Shown here piece by piece: positions 28,888-38,812 of a stretch of DNA of 64,000 bases (the first letter of the stretch is position 1; every line of letters begins with the position of its first letter). The notes beneath the pieces are model-generated. The model worked only from the letters and a program-made list of their open reading frames with translations, was not told the DNA's origin and ran no database searches. Both the position numbers and the translations under genes were made by a program. The DNA comes from a virus. The stretch lies in IMG/VR virus record IMGVR_UViG_3300045988_098886; one strand, written 5' to 3'.

Positions 28888-29496
28888 TTATTTTAATGTA
28901 AAGTCAAATGATGTAATAGTATCTTCTTCTACTGAATCATCTTGAATCATATTTGCTAATTGAATATCCAATGGGATATCTTCACTAGGCTCTTCATCTA
29001 CCTTGCTTGTATCAATCTTATCATCCGTTGATTGTGGTTCCTCTGGGGTCTTATCCCCAATAAGCATGAACAATCCATCCTTATGTGCATGGGGAACTAA
29101 CGTAAATTGAGAACCATATTCACTAAGAGTTTCATTAGCTTTACCTCTGCAACTTACAGTTAAAGAGTTAGTCAGCTTATTTCCTCCCTTAGTTCCAAAC
29201 GCTTCATTAGAACCTATCACAGGCTTTAGAAGCTTACCTTGCTTTTCATACTTAATGTCAATTCTATCATCAGGACTAACACCAAGTGCTTCTGCAGCGG
29301 CTTCATTTAATATATACTTATTATCTTCAAGAACAATTAAAGGTTCTTTACTATCTGGAAGGGAAGACTTAGACTTCTTTTTAGAGGTGCTTTTAGTTTC
29401 AGTTTTCTTTGCACCAGTCTCTCCTTCATTTATGATTTCGCGAGAGACGGGAGTATACTCCCCTGTCTCTGGGTCGAAATCGAATACAATCAGCAT
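28888..29496 (-). CDS. hypothetical protein (about 202 aa)
   Basis: The ORF track gives 28888..29511. The ATG at 29496 avoids an overlap with the upstream stop. Confidence 0.6.
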   Translation of the reverse strand: MLIVFDFDPETGEYTPVSREIINEGETGAKKTETKSTSKKKSKSSLPDSKEPLIVLEDNKYILNEAAAEALGVSPDDRIDIKYEKQGKLLKPVIGSNEAFGTKGGNKLTNSLTVSCRGKANETLSEYGSQFTLVPHAHKDGLFMLIGDKTPEEPQSTDDKIDTSKVDEEPSEDIPLDIQLANMIQDDSVEEDTITSFDFTLK

Positions 29497-29497
29497 T

Positions 29498-30196
29498 TTA
29501 ATCCTCACCATTATATTCCTTAATACGTGAAATTACCATATTTAAATCGTTATCTATCAATAGTTCGTCAAACAATCCCATAGGAGACTTAGCAGTGCAA
29601 GTTCCGTCTGAATTGGTCTTGAACATATACTTAGGCTTATTTTCTTCATCCTTTTCGATTGTAGTGAAAAGTACATAAGTGAACAAACCTTCCAGAGTAA
29701 TAACTGAATCCAACATCTTTCCAAGAGTCTTAATCTTTAGATATTGGTTAACTCTATCTCCAATATTTTCACTATGAGTAGATACCACAATATACAAATC
29801 ATCACGAAGATTCATTGCATTCTTCAATACAGAATAAGCATGTTGTGCCATTTCAGTAAACTTCTCATATCCTTTCTCCTTAGCTCTATCCATAGCTTCA
29901 AACGCCATGAAATATTGGAAGTCATCAATGATAACATATTTAATCCATGTCATTTTACTGTTAATAAGTTTCAACATAGTTGCAACATTATCAACACTAG
30001 TCGTAGTATAAAAGTTTCCTAACTCTTCTGGATTCTTACCAGCAGTATTAAGATTACGATACTTCTTCTTTGCTCCAGGAATACCCGGTCTTTTACCTGT
30101 TGTTGTAATGATAAAGGTTTCTTCTGGATTTAAATTTCTGATTGAAGTAGTCTTTCCAGAACCAGACTCTCCACAAATACAAATCATTTCTGCCAT
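29498..30196 (-). CDS. P-loop ATPase (Sak4/RecA-like candidate)
   Basis: Walker A CGESGSGKTT and Walker B-like YVIIDDF. Confidence 0.5.
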   Translation of the reverse strand: MAEMICICGESGSGKTTSIRNLNPEETFIITTTGKRPGIPGAKKKYRNLNTAGKNPEELGNFYTTTSVDNVATMLKLINSKMTWIKYVIIDDFQYFMAFEAMDRAKEKGYEKFTEMAQHAYSVLKNAMNLRDDLYIVVSTHSENIGDRVNQYLKIKTLGKMLDSVITLEGLFTYVLFTTIEKDEENKPKYMFKTNSDGTCTAKSPMGLFDELLIDNDLNMVISRIKEYNGED

Positions 30197-31296
30197 TATA
30201 GTTTAATACTTATTTGTAAAGGTTTATTTTCTTTGGCATCTATTTTCTTTGGTTGTATCTCTTCATAGGTTTCCTTTACATAGTCGGAAGTTAAATACTT
30301 CCCGTAATCATAGATTTCGTCAGATTTAGGTAACTCCTTCCAGAGTCCACATTTTCCATAGAACGTAGTTCCTACTTCTATGTCTGACTCACCATAACGA
30401 TTCTTCAGAACAGTTATGCTTCTAAATCTAGATTGTAATGTCTTTATATCATAACCCTTGTATTTATTCAGTCTTTCTCTATGTGGATTGAAAATGGAAA
30501 TAATGATTTCGCTATCCTGAGCTGGAGAACCACTATCCTTAATATCTGAGATTTGCATATTATCAAACCCGGCTTTCTTTCTGTCCATTGAGGTAGAATC
30601 TCTATTCGCCTGCATAATGACTAGCGGACTGATTCCACATCTATTTCTCAAAGTAACTAAGTAAGACGAAATTAAATCCATTTCCTCTTTTAGGCTTCTT
30701 CCTTGAGATTTACGAACAAGACTTAAGTGGTCTATTACTACTAAATGAATCAGGTCTTCATTGTCCGGTTCATAAATAGTTCTAGTCTCCGTTTCAATAA
30801 ACTTACCTCTTCCTTCCAGTTCTTTCATTAAAGACGAATACAGGATTTCTGCATTTAAAGCCTTATCATGAACTGTAATAACTTTTTCTACATCATGTAG
30901 CCAAGGTAAAGAGTTAAGGACAAGTTGATAGTTTTCCTCACTTAATGTATATCCCTTTTCTTTGGAAAGTAATTCTTTAGTAGATAATTCAACTCCATAT
31001 TCCTCGAATATGTGCATACATAATAATTTGGCAAACAGCAATTCGCTACTCATTTCCAAACTATAATATGTAACTTTGAATTTATTATCATGTAAGTGTT
31101 CAACCAGTGGTCTATAAATGTAAGAATACAAAGCCAATGAAGTCTTACCAGAGCCAGTTCCACTAAATAACAGAGTATAAGTTCCCTTAGTTACTCCATC
31201 TATAATACTTTCCAACTTGGGCATCCCCATACTTAATCCCCAGTTCTTTCCACTTCTTCCTAATGTGATTTGATGTACTAATGAATTTGTTATCAT
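30196..31296 (-). CDS. DnaB-like replicative helicase (RecA-fold domain)
   Basis: Walker A FSGTGSGKTS, Walker B LVVIDHLSL, and SDIKDSGSPAQDSEIIISI (cf. DnaB RDSGSIEQDADVV). Confidence 0.7.
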   Translation of the reverse strand: MITNSLVHQITLGRSGKNWGLSMGMPKLESIIDGVTKGTYTLLFSGTGSGKTSLALYSYIYRPLVEHLHDNKFKVTYYSLEMSSELLFAKLLCMHIFEEYGVELSTKELLSKEKGYTLSEENYQLVLNSLPWLHDVEKVITVHDKALNAEILYSSLMKELEGRGKFIETETRTIYEPDNEDLIHLVVIDHLSLVRKSQGRSLKEEMDLISSYLVTLRNRCGISPLVIMQANRDSTSMDRKKAGFDNMQISDIKDSGSPAQDSEIIISIFNPHRERLNKYKGYDIKTLQSRFRSITVLKNRYGESDIEVGTTFYGKCGLWKELPKSDEIYDYGKYLTSDYVKETYEEIQPKKIDAKENKPLQISIKL

Positions 31297-31913
31297 AGAG
31301 ACCTAATTGCAGAAAAGTTCACGCCATCATAATCTCCATTCATCAGTATTTCTATATCCTTCCATTTCTGGGATATAACAAATTCACAAATACCAAAATT
31401 AATAAAGTTAGTATTTTCTAGTGCCCAGTTCAAACATTCCAAAATGTGTTCATGCTCGGCTGGGTTGTGTCTTATGGATTTACCATAAAACCGGAAGAAA
31501 TCTTCAAGACTGTCAAATTTCTTAGCAATATTACGTAATCCATAGGTTACCCCATTGATGTTCGTAAATGCTGGATAAGCTTCAAATAATTCCTTACCCA
31601 TATCAAAAGAAGCTCTATAAAAAGTCTTTAAGAAGTTTACAGCAAAATCGACTTGTTCAGGATAAAACTGTTCTCCTTTATTGGGAATCTTATAAGACTT
31701 CAATATTATGCCTTTATTTTGTAAAGAGATTAAAGTACTTCTTAAATCTCCTCTCATTTCTTCTGGTATTGCTAAAAATCTAAAAACGTATTCAGGGTTA
31801 TATTCTTCTTTCGCAAGAAGTAAAATTCTAATTGTAAATAGCTCATTTGGAGAAATTTGATACTTCTCTAAAATTGCTAGCTCATTGTCTATTGTTAAAC
31901 TTAATTTATCCAA
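31293..31913 (-). CDS. hypothetical protein (206 aa; helicase-loader position)
   Basis: ORF track. The track start at 31913 is a TTG codon. Confidence 0.55.
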   Translation of the reverse strand: MDKLSLTIDNELAILEKYQISPNELFTIRILLLAKEEYNPEYVFRFLAIPEEMRGDLRSTLISLQNKGIILKSYKIPNKGEQFYPEQVDFAVNFLKTFYRASFDMGKELFEAYPAFTNINGVTYGLRNIAKKFDSLEDFFRFYGKSIRHNPAEHEHILECLNWALENTNFINFGICEFVISQKWKDIEILMNGDYDGVNFSAIRSL

Positions 31914-31962
31914 ACAGTTAAAAATTAAATAAGTAATTTATTAATCTCTAACTGTAATCACT

Positions 31963-32148
31963 TTAATCTCCTTTCAGAGCGTTATCAATTACATACGGTT
32001 CTAAGAACTCTTTTAACAGCTCGTCTACCCTATGGTCTATAGCTGCTACACTATAAAGTTGGTCGTCGACGGTAAAAAAGTCCATGTTTTCTGTTGCGTC
32101 TAGGATTCTAGCTAACAACAGTAATTCTACTTGTCTTTCTAATATCAT
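31963..32148 (-). CDS. hypothetical protein (61 aa)
   Basis: The ORF track gives 31963..32214, but a consensus promoter sits inside the first 22 codons. I use the ATG at 32148 (MILERQ..). Confidence 0.45.
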   Translation of the reverse strand: MILERQVELLLLARILDATENMDFFTVDDQLYSVAAIDHRVDELLKEFLEPYVIDNALKGD

Positions 32149-32162
32149 TTCGAATTGGAATA

Positions 32163-32194
32163 CAAAGATAATAAAAATAATTGACATTTCCAAA
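32163..32194 (-). promoter_or_regulatory. Bacteroidota-type promoter
   Basis: TTTG (32191-32194), 20 nt, TATCTTTG (32163-32170). Confidence 0.55.
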
Positions 32195-32226
32195 CTCAAG
32201 TGAGATTTAGGCAAATTTAACCTAAA

Positions 32227-32427
32227 TCACTTGGTTGGCCCTGTCCATGTTTTGAGGAAGGATTCGAGATTTCTTTGACACTCGGCTGGGTCTGCATAGG
32301 TATATTTGCTATCCCAGCATTGATACCCACAGTTTAATGTCCAAGCCCATCCCCATAAATCGGCATCCTCATCGTACCAATAATTCATTGATACGTCATA
32401 GTTTTTTCCTGCTTCTTGTATTGTCAT
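32227..32427 (-). CDS. hypothetical protein (66 aa, Trp/Cys-rich)
   Basis: ORF track. Confidence 0.5.
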   Translation of the reverse strand: MTIQEAGKNYDVSMNYWYDEDADLWGWAWTLNCGYQCWDSKYTYADPAECQRNLESFLKTWTGPTK

Positions 32428-32428
32428 A

Positions 32429-33706
32429 TTAATACCTAAACATAAAGGTCATTGGTTTCTTTTTTATTTCTTCAAAAGGTTCTCTCCTTAATACATGCAT
32501 TAACTGTTCCTCATCCAAAGTTACATATTTCTTATTGACATGTGATTTATTAAACCATTCTTCTTCAACAGTTCCTCTTACCACAAAGGTAAATATTTCT
32601 GCACGTTTATTCGGAGCAAACCTGACTACTCTTCCAGTTCTCTGTATCATTTTGGTGGGGCTAGAATCCATTCCTAAAATTATAGCTACAGATAGTCCAG
32701 AAACATCCATTCCCTCATCTGCTTTTTTAACGGTATTTAATACCCCAGTATCCATTTTACTGAACTCTTCGAGAGTTATTCTGCTTTTCTTTTTTGAATC
32801 TTTTCCAGTATAAACAGACCCTCGTTTTATTTTTTCTGCAATTTTAGTAGTTGCAGAAAATGTGACTATTTTACAATCCTGCCTGTAATCACAAATTAAT
32901 TGAGTAAGTCTGATTTTATCTGGGTGGTTATAAATGAATTGTTTTCTTTGCTGCATAGTTCTTGCAAAACCAACAGCATGAAATGTGATATCCTTTAGAA
33001 TTTCAGACTTTATTTTCCCATCCTTTATCTTGTCTCTTTCACATATAAAGTCTCTATAAGCCATTCTATATTTATAACCCTCTTTACCAATCATTTGCAT
33101 GGCTAAAGAGAAGTTATAATCAAAGTAAGAGAAGTGTTCAGTAAACTCTCTATTATATTTCTGGTACTCAGAGATGTCTGCATCAATATACACTTTATAT
33201 TCAACATAATCAGAAACCCATCCATTCTGAAGAGCTTCTTCAAGAGAAATAGTATCAATAATTGGACAATATTTCTCAATAATTTTATGTCTTCCATCAA
33301 GTCTCTCAAGTGTTGCGGTTAGACCAAGTATCATTCGATATTTTACCTTTTCAAATACTTCGCTAAATGTATCAGCCCCCATTCTGTGAATTTCATCAAT
33401 AATGAGAATATCACAAGTCCATTCATGCTTTACGACTGTGTTGATTACCACAACCTCTGCGTTCATGAAAATTCCGTGTTTAGTAAGGTTCATAATCCAT
33501 TGCTCTTTAAGCAAATCAGTTGGGACTACAACTAATATTCTAAACTGTGGATATTTGGCCAATACACTTTTGGCACATTTGATTGCAGTATAGGTCTTAC
33601 CTACACCAGTACCATATTCTAAAGTTCCTTTACATTTATTATCAATCCATTTAATTCTTCCTTCTTCCTGCCGTTCATCCCTTGTTGGTGGTGTAAATAA
33701 GTCCAA
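32429..33706 (-). CDS. SF2 DNA/RNA helicase (DEAH-type, UvsW/Res-subunit-like)
   Basis: GTGVGKTYT (motif I), LIIDEIH (II), LTATLER (III), QRTGRVVR (VI). The track start is a TTG codon. Confidence 0.8.
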   Translation of the reverse strand: MDLFTPPTRDERQEEGRIKWIDNKCKGTLEYGTGVGKTYTAIKCAKSVLAKYPQFRILVVVPTDLLKEQWIMNLTKHGIFMNAEVVVINTVVKHEWTCDILIIDEIHRMGADTFSEVFEKVKYRMILGLTATLERLDGRHKIIEKYCPIIDTISLEEALQNGWVSDYVEYKVYIDADISEYQKYNREFTEHFSYFDYNFSLAMQMIGKEGYKYRMAYRDFICERDKIKDGKIKSEILKDITFHAVGFARTMQQRKQFIYNHPDKIRLTQLICDYRQDCKIVTFSATTKIAEKIKRGSVYTGKDSKKKSRITLEEFSKMDTGVLNTVKKADEGMDVSGLSVAIILGMDSSPTKMIQRTGRVVRFAPNKRAEIFTFVVRGTVEEEWFNKSHVNKKYVTLDEEQLMHVLRREPFEEIKKKPMTFMFRY

Positions 33707-33776
33707 ATTAGATAATAGATGCTAATACTACATAATTATCTACAGGAATAGTAACAAGTTTTCCCAACGAGAGGTA

Positions 33777-33784
33777 CAAATATA
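33777..33784 (-). promoter_or_regulatory. possible -7 box (TATATTTG) upstream of the SF2 helicase
   Basis: It matches TAnnTTTG, but there is no clear TTTG -33 element at 19-21 nt. Confidence 0.3.
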
Positions 33785-33813
33785 ATATAGCTTTAAGAAG
33801 GAAAAACTCAATT

Positions 33814-34677
33814 TTAGAGAGTATACCCATGATATTCAGCAACCTTTTCTATTTGCCCCATTCTGGTTTCCCACTGCTCGATGTGATACTTCACTTCCTC
33901 CTCAAGTAAGAACAATACTTTATCTCTCAAAGTAGTCAGTTGCTCGGTTGTTAAATCGAAATACTTCTTACTCTTCAAGTTAATCATCGCTCTTAATTGT
34001 CCATATGTCAATCCTCTCGAATTTACATATAGATTAGCAGTAGACTTTAGATTAAGACGTTCCCTCACCACTTCCAATCTATCTCTGATATTACCGTTTT
34101 CATCCTTTTCAGTCAAATCTTTCATTTCCTGTGGAGTAAACCATAATCCTTGTTTCAAGATAAAGGTAAGGGTTATATGTTGTTTATTAAATTTACCTAA
34201 TGCATCTAAGCATCCGTCCAATACTAGTTCGATAGGTATGCTTGCAAACTCTAATGGAATACCATTAGTAAGAGTGGAGATAGGATATTCTTTTAATTTA
34301 TCCTTAGTAAGTTGTTCCTTATTGGCTTCAATGACTTTACTCAAATCATTTCTATAAAGGAATCTTGGATAACGTTTTCTATCTTCTGTTTCTTTCTCAA
34401 GATAGCGAAGATAAAGCTCCGTATTACATTTGTCTCTCTGTTCTTTAATAATATCTAACAATACATATCTTCCCGGATGAGTTTTGTCAGTGTTATACAA
34501 CATGGACTTACAGTGCTGATAGAACTTTCTCAATTGTTCTTCAGTACAATCAACCAAACGATATTCCGGCTGAATTCTTTCTCCATTCACTTCTTCTCTC
34601 TCACCCTTCCATACGAAAGATTTAATATTGTTGTCTTTTGCTGCAAGCGCTTCTTCTAGTTTTTCTTTAACTGTCAT
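33814..34677 (-). CDS. hypothetical protein (287 aa)
   Basis: ORF track. Confidence 0.65.
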   Translation of the reverse strand: MTVKEKLEEALAAKDNNIKSFVWKGEREEVNGERIQPEYRLVDCTEEQLRKFYQHCKSMLYNTDKTHPGRYVLLDIIKEQRDKCNTELYLRYLEKETEDRKRYPRFLYRNDLSKVIEANKEQLTKDKLKEYPISTLTNGIPLEFASIPIELVLDGCLDALGKFNKQHITLTFILKQGLWFTPQEMKDLTEKDENGNIRDRLEVVRERLNLKSTANLYVNSRGLTYGQLRAMINLKSKKYFDLTTEQLTTLRDKVLFLLEEEVKYHIEQWETRMGQIEKVAEYHGYTL

Positions 34678-34754
34678 AACTTTTATAAACTTTTACTATC
34701 CTTAAATTTTCATCATCTATTTGTTTTAAAAGTTATCTATTGTGCTCTTAGCCG

Positions 34755-35051
34755 TTACATGTACATAACATACGGTTTCTTTTCCTCTGGTTTAGGTATA
34801 AACTTTATGAATTGTATGTTATTGTAATTATAGGGAATCATTTTACTCCCATCGAACCATGTATCAATTCCGGCTCTAATCTCTTTATACTCTAGAAAGC
34901 CTATTTCTCCCAGACGTAGTGAGCGATGTTCCCAATTCGGGAACTGCACACACATAAGATACTCTTTACTTTCTAAATCCTGAAATACATATGTAACATA
35001 TTGTTCGGGGTCTGTGTTACTCGCAACCAGTTTCGCAAGTATTGTTATCAT
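34755..35051 (-). CDS. hypothetical protein (98 aa)
   Basis: ORF track. Confidence 0.55.
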   Translation of the reverse strand: MITILAKLVASNTDPEQYVTYVFQDLESKEYLMCVQFPNWEHRSLRLGEIGFLEYKEIRAGIDTWFDGSKMIPYNYNNIQFIKFIPKPEEKKPYVMYM

Positions 35052-35436
35052 CCTCTATAATGTAGTCACGAATAAGGTCTTCCTTATCTGTTTCCGTGTC
35101 TTCATCTGTTGGAATTGCACAATACTCAATCCAGTCTTCCATGTAACTATCAAACACCTCATTGGCATATTCTACCAGTTCAGGGTCTTCATCGTCTCTA
35201 TCCCAACCGAGTTCTCCATGGGCTTCTTCTATTGCATCCGCATAAGTACCTAAGCCATTGGTACCTTCGTAAGAATCATACTCTTCACAAGCTGCTTCCC
35301 ATGCTTCATGTTCTGCATCTTCATGTGACTCAAATAGGCCAGTGTACTGATACTTTTTTCCACCAAAGCCCCCGCCGAGTCCGGCATAAATGTTGTATTC
35401 TTTCATTTTACTTCTATCAATTGTTTTTACTGCCAT
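35017..35436 (-). CDS. hypothetical acidic protein (139 aa)
   Basis: ORF track. Confidence 0.55.
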   Translation of the reverse strand: MAVKTIDRSKMKEYNIYAGLGGGFGGKKYQYTGLFESHEDAEHEAWEAACEEYDSYEGTNGLGTYADAIEEAHGELGWDRDDEDPELVEYANEVFDSYMEDWIEYCAIPTDEDTETDKEDLIRDYIIEDDNNTCETGCE

Positions 35437-35897
35437 AATACGTCGTTTTCAGGAATTTCAATACCAATCTGTTTGCACTTATTATATTGAGCTTGAGAAA
35501 TTCTACCTCTATATCCCGGAGTGTTCCTCATAACACGAATCCAACCTGATGCTTCAAGTTGGTCTACTGATTTCTTAAAGTAGTAATAAGCAAGGTCGTC
35601 GTGCTGCATCCAGTCACAAGGATAGAGTTTTCCGTCTCTATCTATCCAACCATTACCGTTCCACTCTTTACCAGTAGGGTCTAAATAAGTGCCTTTATAA
35701 TCAAGCTCTTCGAAGCAATCTGCTTCTACTTCTTCTAATACATCAAAAGCACTTACTGGGCATCTTCCATAATTCCCGTTATAACATAGAACATCCTCTC
35801 CGTCATGATAATCCTCAATATCTTTATCGAGGATTTGTCTCCAGCCGGGTTGTGCGCGTTCTAACCCAACTTCTCTTATTTTTATAAACAAGCCCAT
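35427..35897 (-). CDS. hypothetical protein (156 aa)
   Basis: ORF track. Confidence 0.6.
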   Translation of the reverse strand: MGLFIKIREVGLERAQPGWRQILDKDIEDYHDGEDVLCYNGNYGRCPVSAFDVLEEVEADCFEELDYKGTYLDPTGKEWNGNGWIDRDGKLYPCDWMQHDDLAYYYFKKSVDQLEASGWIRVMRNTPGYRGRISQAQYNKCKQIGIEIPENDVLWQ

Positions 35898-35931
35898 ATC
35901 GTAATAAGCATTAAATAATATAAATATGTTT

Positions 35932-36195
35932 TCATTTCTTAAATAGCCAATATAAGAGTTTGTTTTCTTCCCAGCCCTTCCATTCGAACTCTATGAAGCT
36001 TATTGCAGTTACTAAAATAAATGCAAGAGCCACATTGAGAAATGGAATTATGCAAACAGCATAAAGTAATATCTTTACAATGTTAGGAACTTTAATCTTC
36101 TTTCCATCCCAACCATTGTAAGCATACTTATTTGCCATCTTTATCCACCAAGATATTACTATAATGGATACAATTATTGTTATTAAATATGTCAT
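35932..36195 (-). CDS. membrane protein (87 aa, about 3 TM segments)
   Basis: ORF track. Hydrophobic segments. Confidence 0.55.
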   Translation of the reverse strand: MTYLITIIVSIIVISWWIKMANKYAYNGWDGKKIKVPNIVKILLYAVCIIPFLNVALAFILVTAISFIEFEWKGWEENKLLYWLFKK

Positions 36196-36196
36196 T

Positions 36197-36400
36197 TTAT
36201 TTTTCTCTATAATCTACACAACCATACTTCGCAAAGTCACAAATCTTCTTTTCGATTCCTACAAAACAAGGATACTTAGCACATTCTTTACAAGTACGTG
36301 CAGGATATTTATATTTAACCCCGTCTTTATCCTTATCTATTGCCTGCTTTTTTGCCACTAGTCTTAGGTTTATAGTTTTCACAAAATTTAACAGCAGCAT
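36197..36400 (-). CDS. hypothetical Cys-rich protein (67 aa)
   Basis: ORF track. Confidence 0.45.
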   Translation of the reverse strand: MLLLNFVKTINLRLVAKKQAIDKDKDGVKYKYPARTCKECAKYPCFVGIEKKICDFAKYGCVDYREK

Positions 36401-36584
36401 CTAATGCTTCACTGTACTTCAAATATCCAGCTCTAGGCAATCCATTATTTGAATCTGCCCAATGTGCTGTTGTGACATTACCGATATATACCCCAGCAGT
36501 CCACAACCATTGACCTTTATTTTGTTGCGGAAAAATACAGATTCGGAATCCTTTTGCTTCCCATTGTTCAATTATATCAATCAT
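36333..36584 (-). CDS. hypothetical protein (83 aa)
   Basis: ORF track. Confidence 0.5.
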   Translation of the reverse strand: MIDIIEQWEAKGFRICIFPQQNKGQWLWTAGVYIGNVTTAHWADSNNGLPRAGYLKYSEALDAAVKFCENYKPKTSGKKAGNR

Positions 36585-36711
36585 CGGCCAACCATGCTAA
36601 AAATATTCCCCAAGTAAGACACATAAAACACATAGCTATTACATTACTTACTAAAGAAGATATTATGGCAGCTCCAACAATTAATCCAATCCAATACCTT
36701 ACGTCTTTCAT
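36577..36711 (-). CDS. small membrane protein (44 aa), below the track cut-off
   Basis: My translation: MKDVRYWIGLIVGAAIISSLVSNVIAMCFMCLTWGIFLAWLADD. It has an ATGA overlap with the upstream stop (36708-36711) and overlaps the next ATG. Confidence 0.45.
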   Translation of the reverse strand: MKDVRYWIGLIVGAAIISSLVSNVIAMCFMCLTWGIFLAWLADD

Positions 36712-37121
36712 TTTATAAATAATACTGCAAATAATCCTGCTGCAACAGTGAATCCACCTATGGATAAATTCCTAAGCTTCTTTACTCGTTTTTCCTTTTT
36801 GGCTAACTGTATGTTTAAAGAATTAATAACTTGGTCATTAATATCTGCCTGTAACATACATCTATTCAATTGGGACAGCCTTAGAGAATCCATTGCAACA
36901 AGATTCTTATTAACAGTCTCAAGACCGTTTACTTGCTGAATTAATAAATCCACTTCCTTAGAAAGCTTTCTATGCTCTAAAAAGATTAGATTAGTGTGCT
37001 TCAACTGTTGAGGAGTTATTACCACCAAAGAATCTTCCGTAACTTTCGGATAGGTAGTCTGAGAAAAACTTGACATCGTCCCCAAGAGGCTGATTAGTAA
37101 TATCAATATAATCTGCTTCAT
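36708..37121 (-). CDS. secreted/membrane coiled-coil protein (137 aa)
   Basis: Signal-like N-terminus MKQIILILLISLLGTMSSFSQ and C-terminal TM IGGFTVAAGLFAVLFIK. It overlaps 36991..37362 by 131 nt out of frame. Confidence 0.45.
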   Translation of the reverse strand: MKQIILILLISLLGTMSSFSQTTYPKVTEDSLVVITPQQLKHTNLIFLEHRKLSKEVDLLIQQVNGLETVNKNLVAMDSLRLSQLNRCMLQADINDQVINSLNIQLAKKEKRVKKLRNLSIGGFTVAAGLFAVLFIK

Positions 37122-37362
37122 ATTTTTCGCGAATTTTTATTATTTTTACTTTAGTGGTATCAATAGCATTAAGTAAACTGTCATTGACTTTATTAATGTT
37201 ACTGATGTGATTGTTTAAAGAGTCGATGTCTCGCACCAACTCTTTATAATCATCACTAGGAGATGTCTGAAAGTTCTTCCTGTAGACTCTATCCATAATA
37301 GTCATAGTCCCTGCGATACAAAGCAATCCTATTAGTAAATAAAGAGCCCAGTGGTCTTTCAT
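36991..37362 (-). CDS. N-terminally anchored membrane protein (123 aa)
   Basis: TM segment WALYLLIGLLCIAGTMTIM followed by a helical region. Confidence 0.55.
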   Translation of the reverse strand: MKDHWALYLLIGLLCIAGTMTIMDRVYRKNFQTSPSDDYKELVRDIDSLNNHISNINKVNDSLLNAIDTTKVKIIKIREKYEADYIDITNQPLGDDVKFFSDYLSESYGRFFGGNNSSTVEAH

Positions 37363-37883
37363 TACAATTCCCCCTTTCTCTGCAATTCAGCATCGTACAT
37401 AAGGCACTCGATAAGAATTTCAAGTTCCCATTCTGGAGCAGTTAACAGATAATCGTGAACTTCCTGCATCTTCTTGCTCATTTTCCGACGCTTTTCTTCA
37501 AGTTCCAGTTCATAGAAATATCTTTCTGCATCTTTTCTGTATGCTTTGATATATTTACCCGGATTTCTTTCAAAGAATTCGGCTTCTTGTTCAAGAATAG
37601 CCTGTACTACAGTGGAATTAATTACTCCAAGAGTATCGGCGCGGAGAACAGAGAATGGATTTTCTTTAGCCTTTCTTTCTGCTTCTGCCATACCAATCCC
37701 ACGGACATATTCGTCACCGTCACGTCTTACTGCAATACCAAGACGAAGTTGTTTTACTTCGCTGTCACTTGCCTTATCGTCACCTTCTTCAATTGGGCAA
37801 CTCAATGCGCAGATTGTGTACTCACGTTTGTCACCTTTATAGTCAATAAAAGTTCCTTCAATAAATTCAGCTACTTTTTTCAT
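37362..37883 (-). CDS. hypothetical protein (173 aa)
   Basis: ORF track. Confidence 0.6.
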   Translation of the reverse strand: MKKVAEFIEGTFIDYKGDKREYTICALSCPIEEGDDKASDSEVKQLRLGIAVRRDGDEYVRGIGMAEAERKAKENPFSVLRADTLGVINSTVVQAILEQEAEFFERNPGKYIKAYRKDAERYFYELELEEKRRKMSKKMQEVHDYLLTAPEWELEILIECLMYDAELQRKGEL

Positions 37884-37905
37884 TTTGTATAATTTTTAAT
37901 GTTCA

Positions 37906-38481
37906 TTAATCGTCATTTGGGTTTCTTCCCGGATAATCCAGATAGAAACTTAGGATAGTATCCTGTTTAGTTTGCCAGTCAGTATCTTCATTTGCCATTT
38001 CAGCAATAGTACGACTGATTGATTCCTCCTCGATTTGTTCCAGAACAAGTTTACCATGTTCATCGTCGTTACCTTTTAACCATGCTTCTGTAGCCCAATC
38101 ACCTTCTTGAATAGCTTGCTTAACAATCTTATTGATTGACTCCGTAGTTTCGATTTCTCTATCTACAGTAGCTTCAAATGGATAAGCTCTATTAGGAATG
38201 TCCACATTTATGGCTTCAATTCTTGGATACTGAAACTCGGCATCGTTATAGTTTAGATACCAAAGAATCCAGTTGTGATGATTATCTTCTTCGTCAGCTC
38301 TTAGAATGAAATATTCTTCAAGCTTAGGAAGTCCTTGACAACTAAAATAGTTGGCAAATGTTCTGTAAAGATTGTGGTTGCTCAATTCTGCACCGAGTTG
38401 TTTTACCAACATTTCAATCATTACATGGCTAAGAGTACATACTCTTCTGCTTTTGTCGATTGTTTGCTCGGTCTTTGCCAT
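37906..38481 (-). CDS. ferritin-like (di-iron four-helix) protein candidate
   Basis: The ORF track gives 37906..38604. I prefer the ATG at 38481 (MAKTEQ..), just after the upstream stop. ELSNHNLYRTFANYF..ADEEDNHHNWILWYL resembles ferritin E..H helices. Confidence 0.35.
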   Translation of the reverse strand: MAKTEQTIDKSRRVCTLSHVMIEMLVKQLGAELSNHNLYRTFANYFSCQGLPKLEEYFILRADEEDNHHNWILWYLNYNDAEFQYPRIEAINVDIPNRAYPFEATVDREIETTESINKIVKQAIQEGDWATEAWLKGNDDEHGKLVLEQIEEESISRTIAEMANEDTDWQTKQDTILSFYLDYPGRNPNDD

Positions 38482-38494
38482 TGTAGGAGCAACG

Positions 38495-38812
38495 CTATCG
38501 TTTCTTACGACTGGTTTTTCGCTTTCCTTTTTCTCCATTTTTATCGTATAATTTAAATCCATTACTCTCAATATATGACATAGGAGCACCAATCCATGCA
38601 ACACACTTCATGTATGTGCATGTCTTGGTTTTAACTGTTTCACACTCCTTAAATTTGCCAATAGGTTTTTCTGTTGAGTAGTGTTGAGAGCCTACACATT
38701 CAGCTCTATCTTTGAAGATTCTATAAAGATTTACTTCGTAGATAAAGCTGTCTGTCACTACTACTTTAACGTCCCCAGAATGGTAGACTGGTTCCGGTGT
38801 AGGTTTTGCCAT
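38495..38812 (-). CDS. hypothetical protein (105 aa)
   Basis: ORF track. Confidence 0.5.
   Translation of the reverse strand: MAKPTPEPVYHSGDVKVVVTDSFIYEVNLYRIFKDRAECVGSQHYSTEKPIGKFKECETVKTKTCTYMKCVAWIGAPMSYIESNGFKLYDKNGEKGKRKTSRKKR

Noticed and set aside
32149-32214. N-terminal extension of ORF 31963..32214.
   Set aside because: A consensus TTTG-N20-TATCTTTG promoter lies inside these codons. Transcription would start downstream of the annotated ATG.
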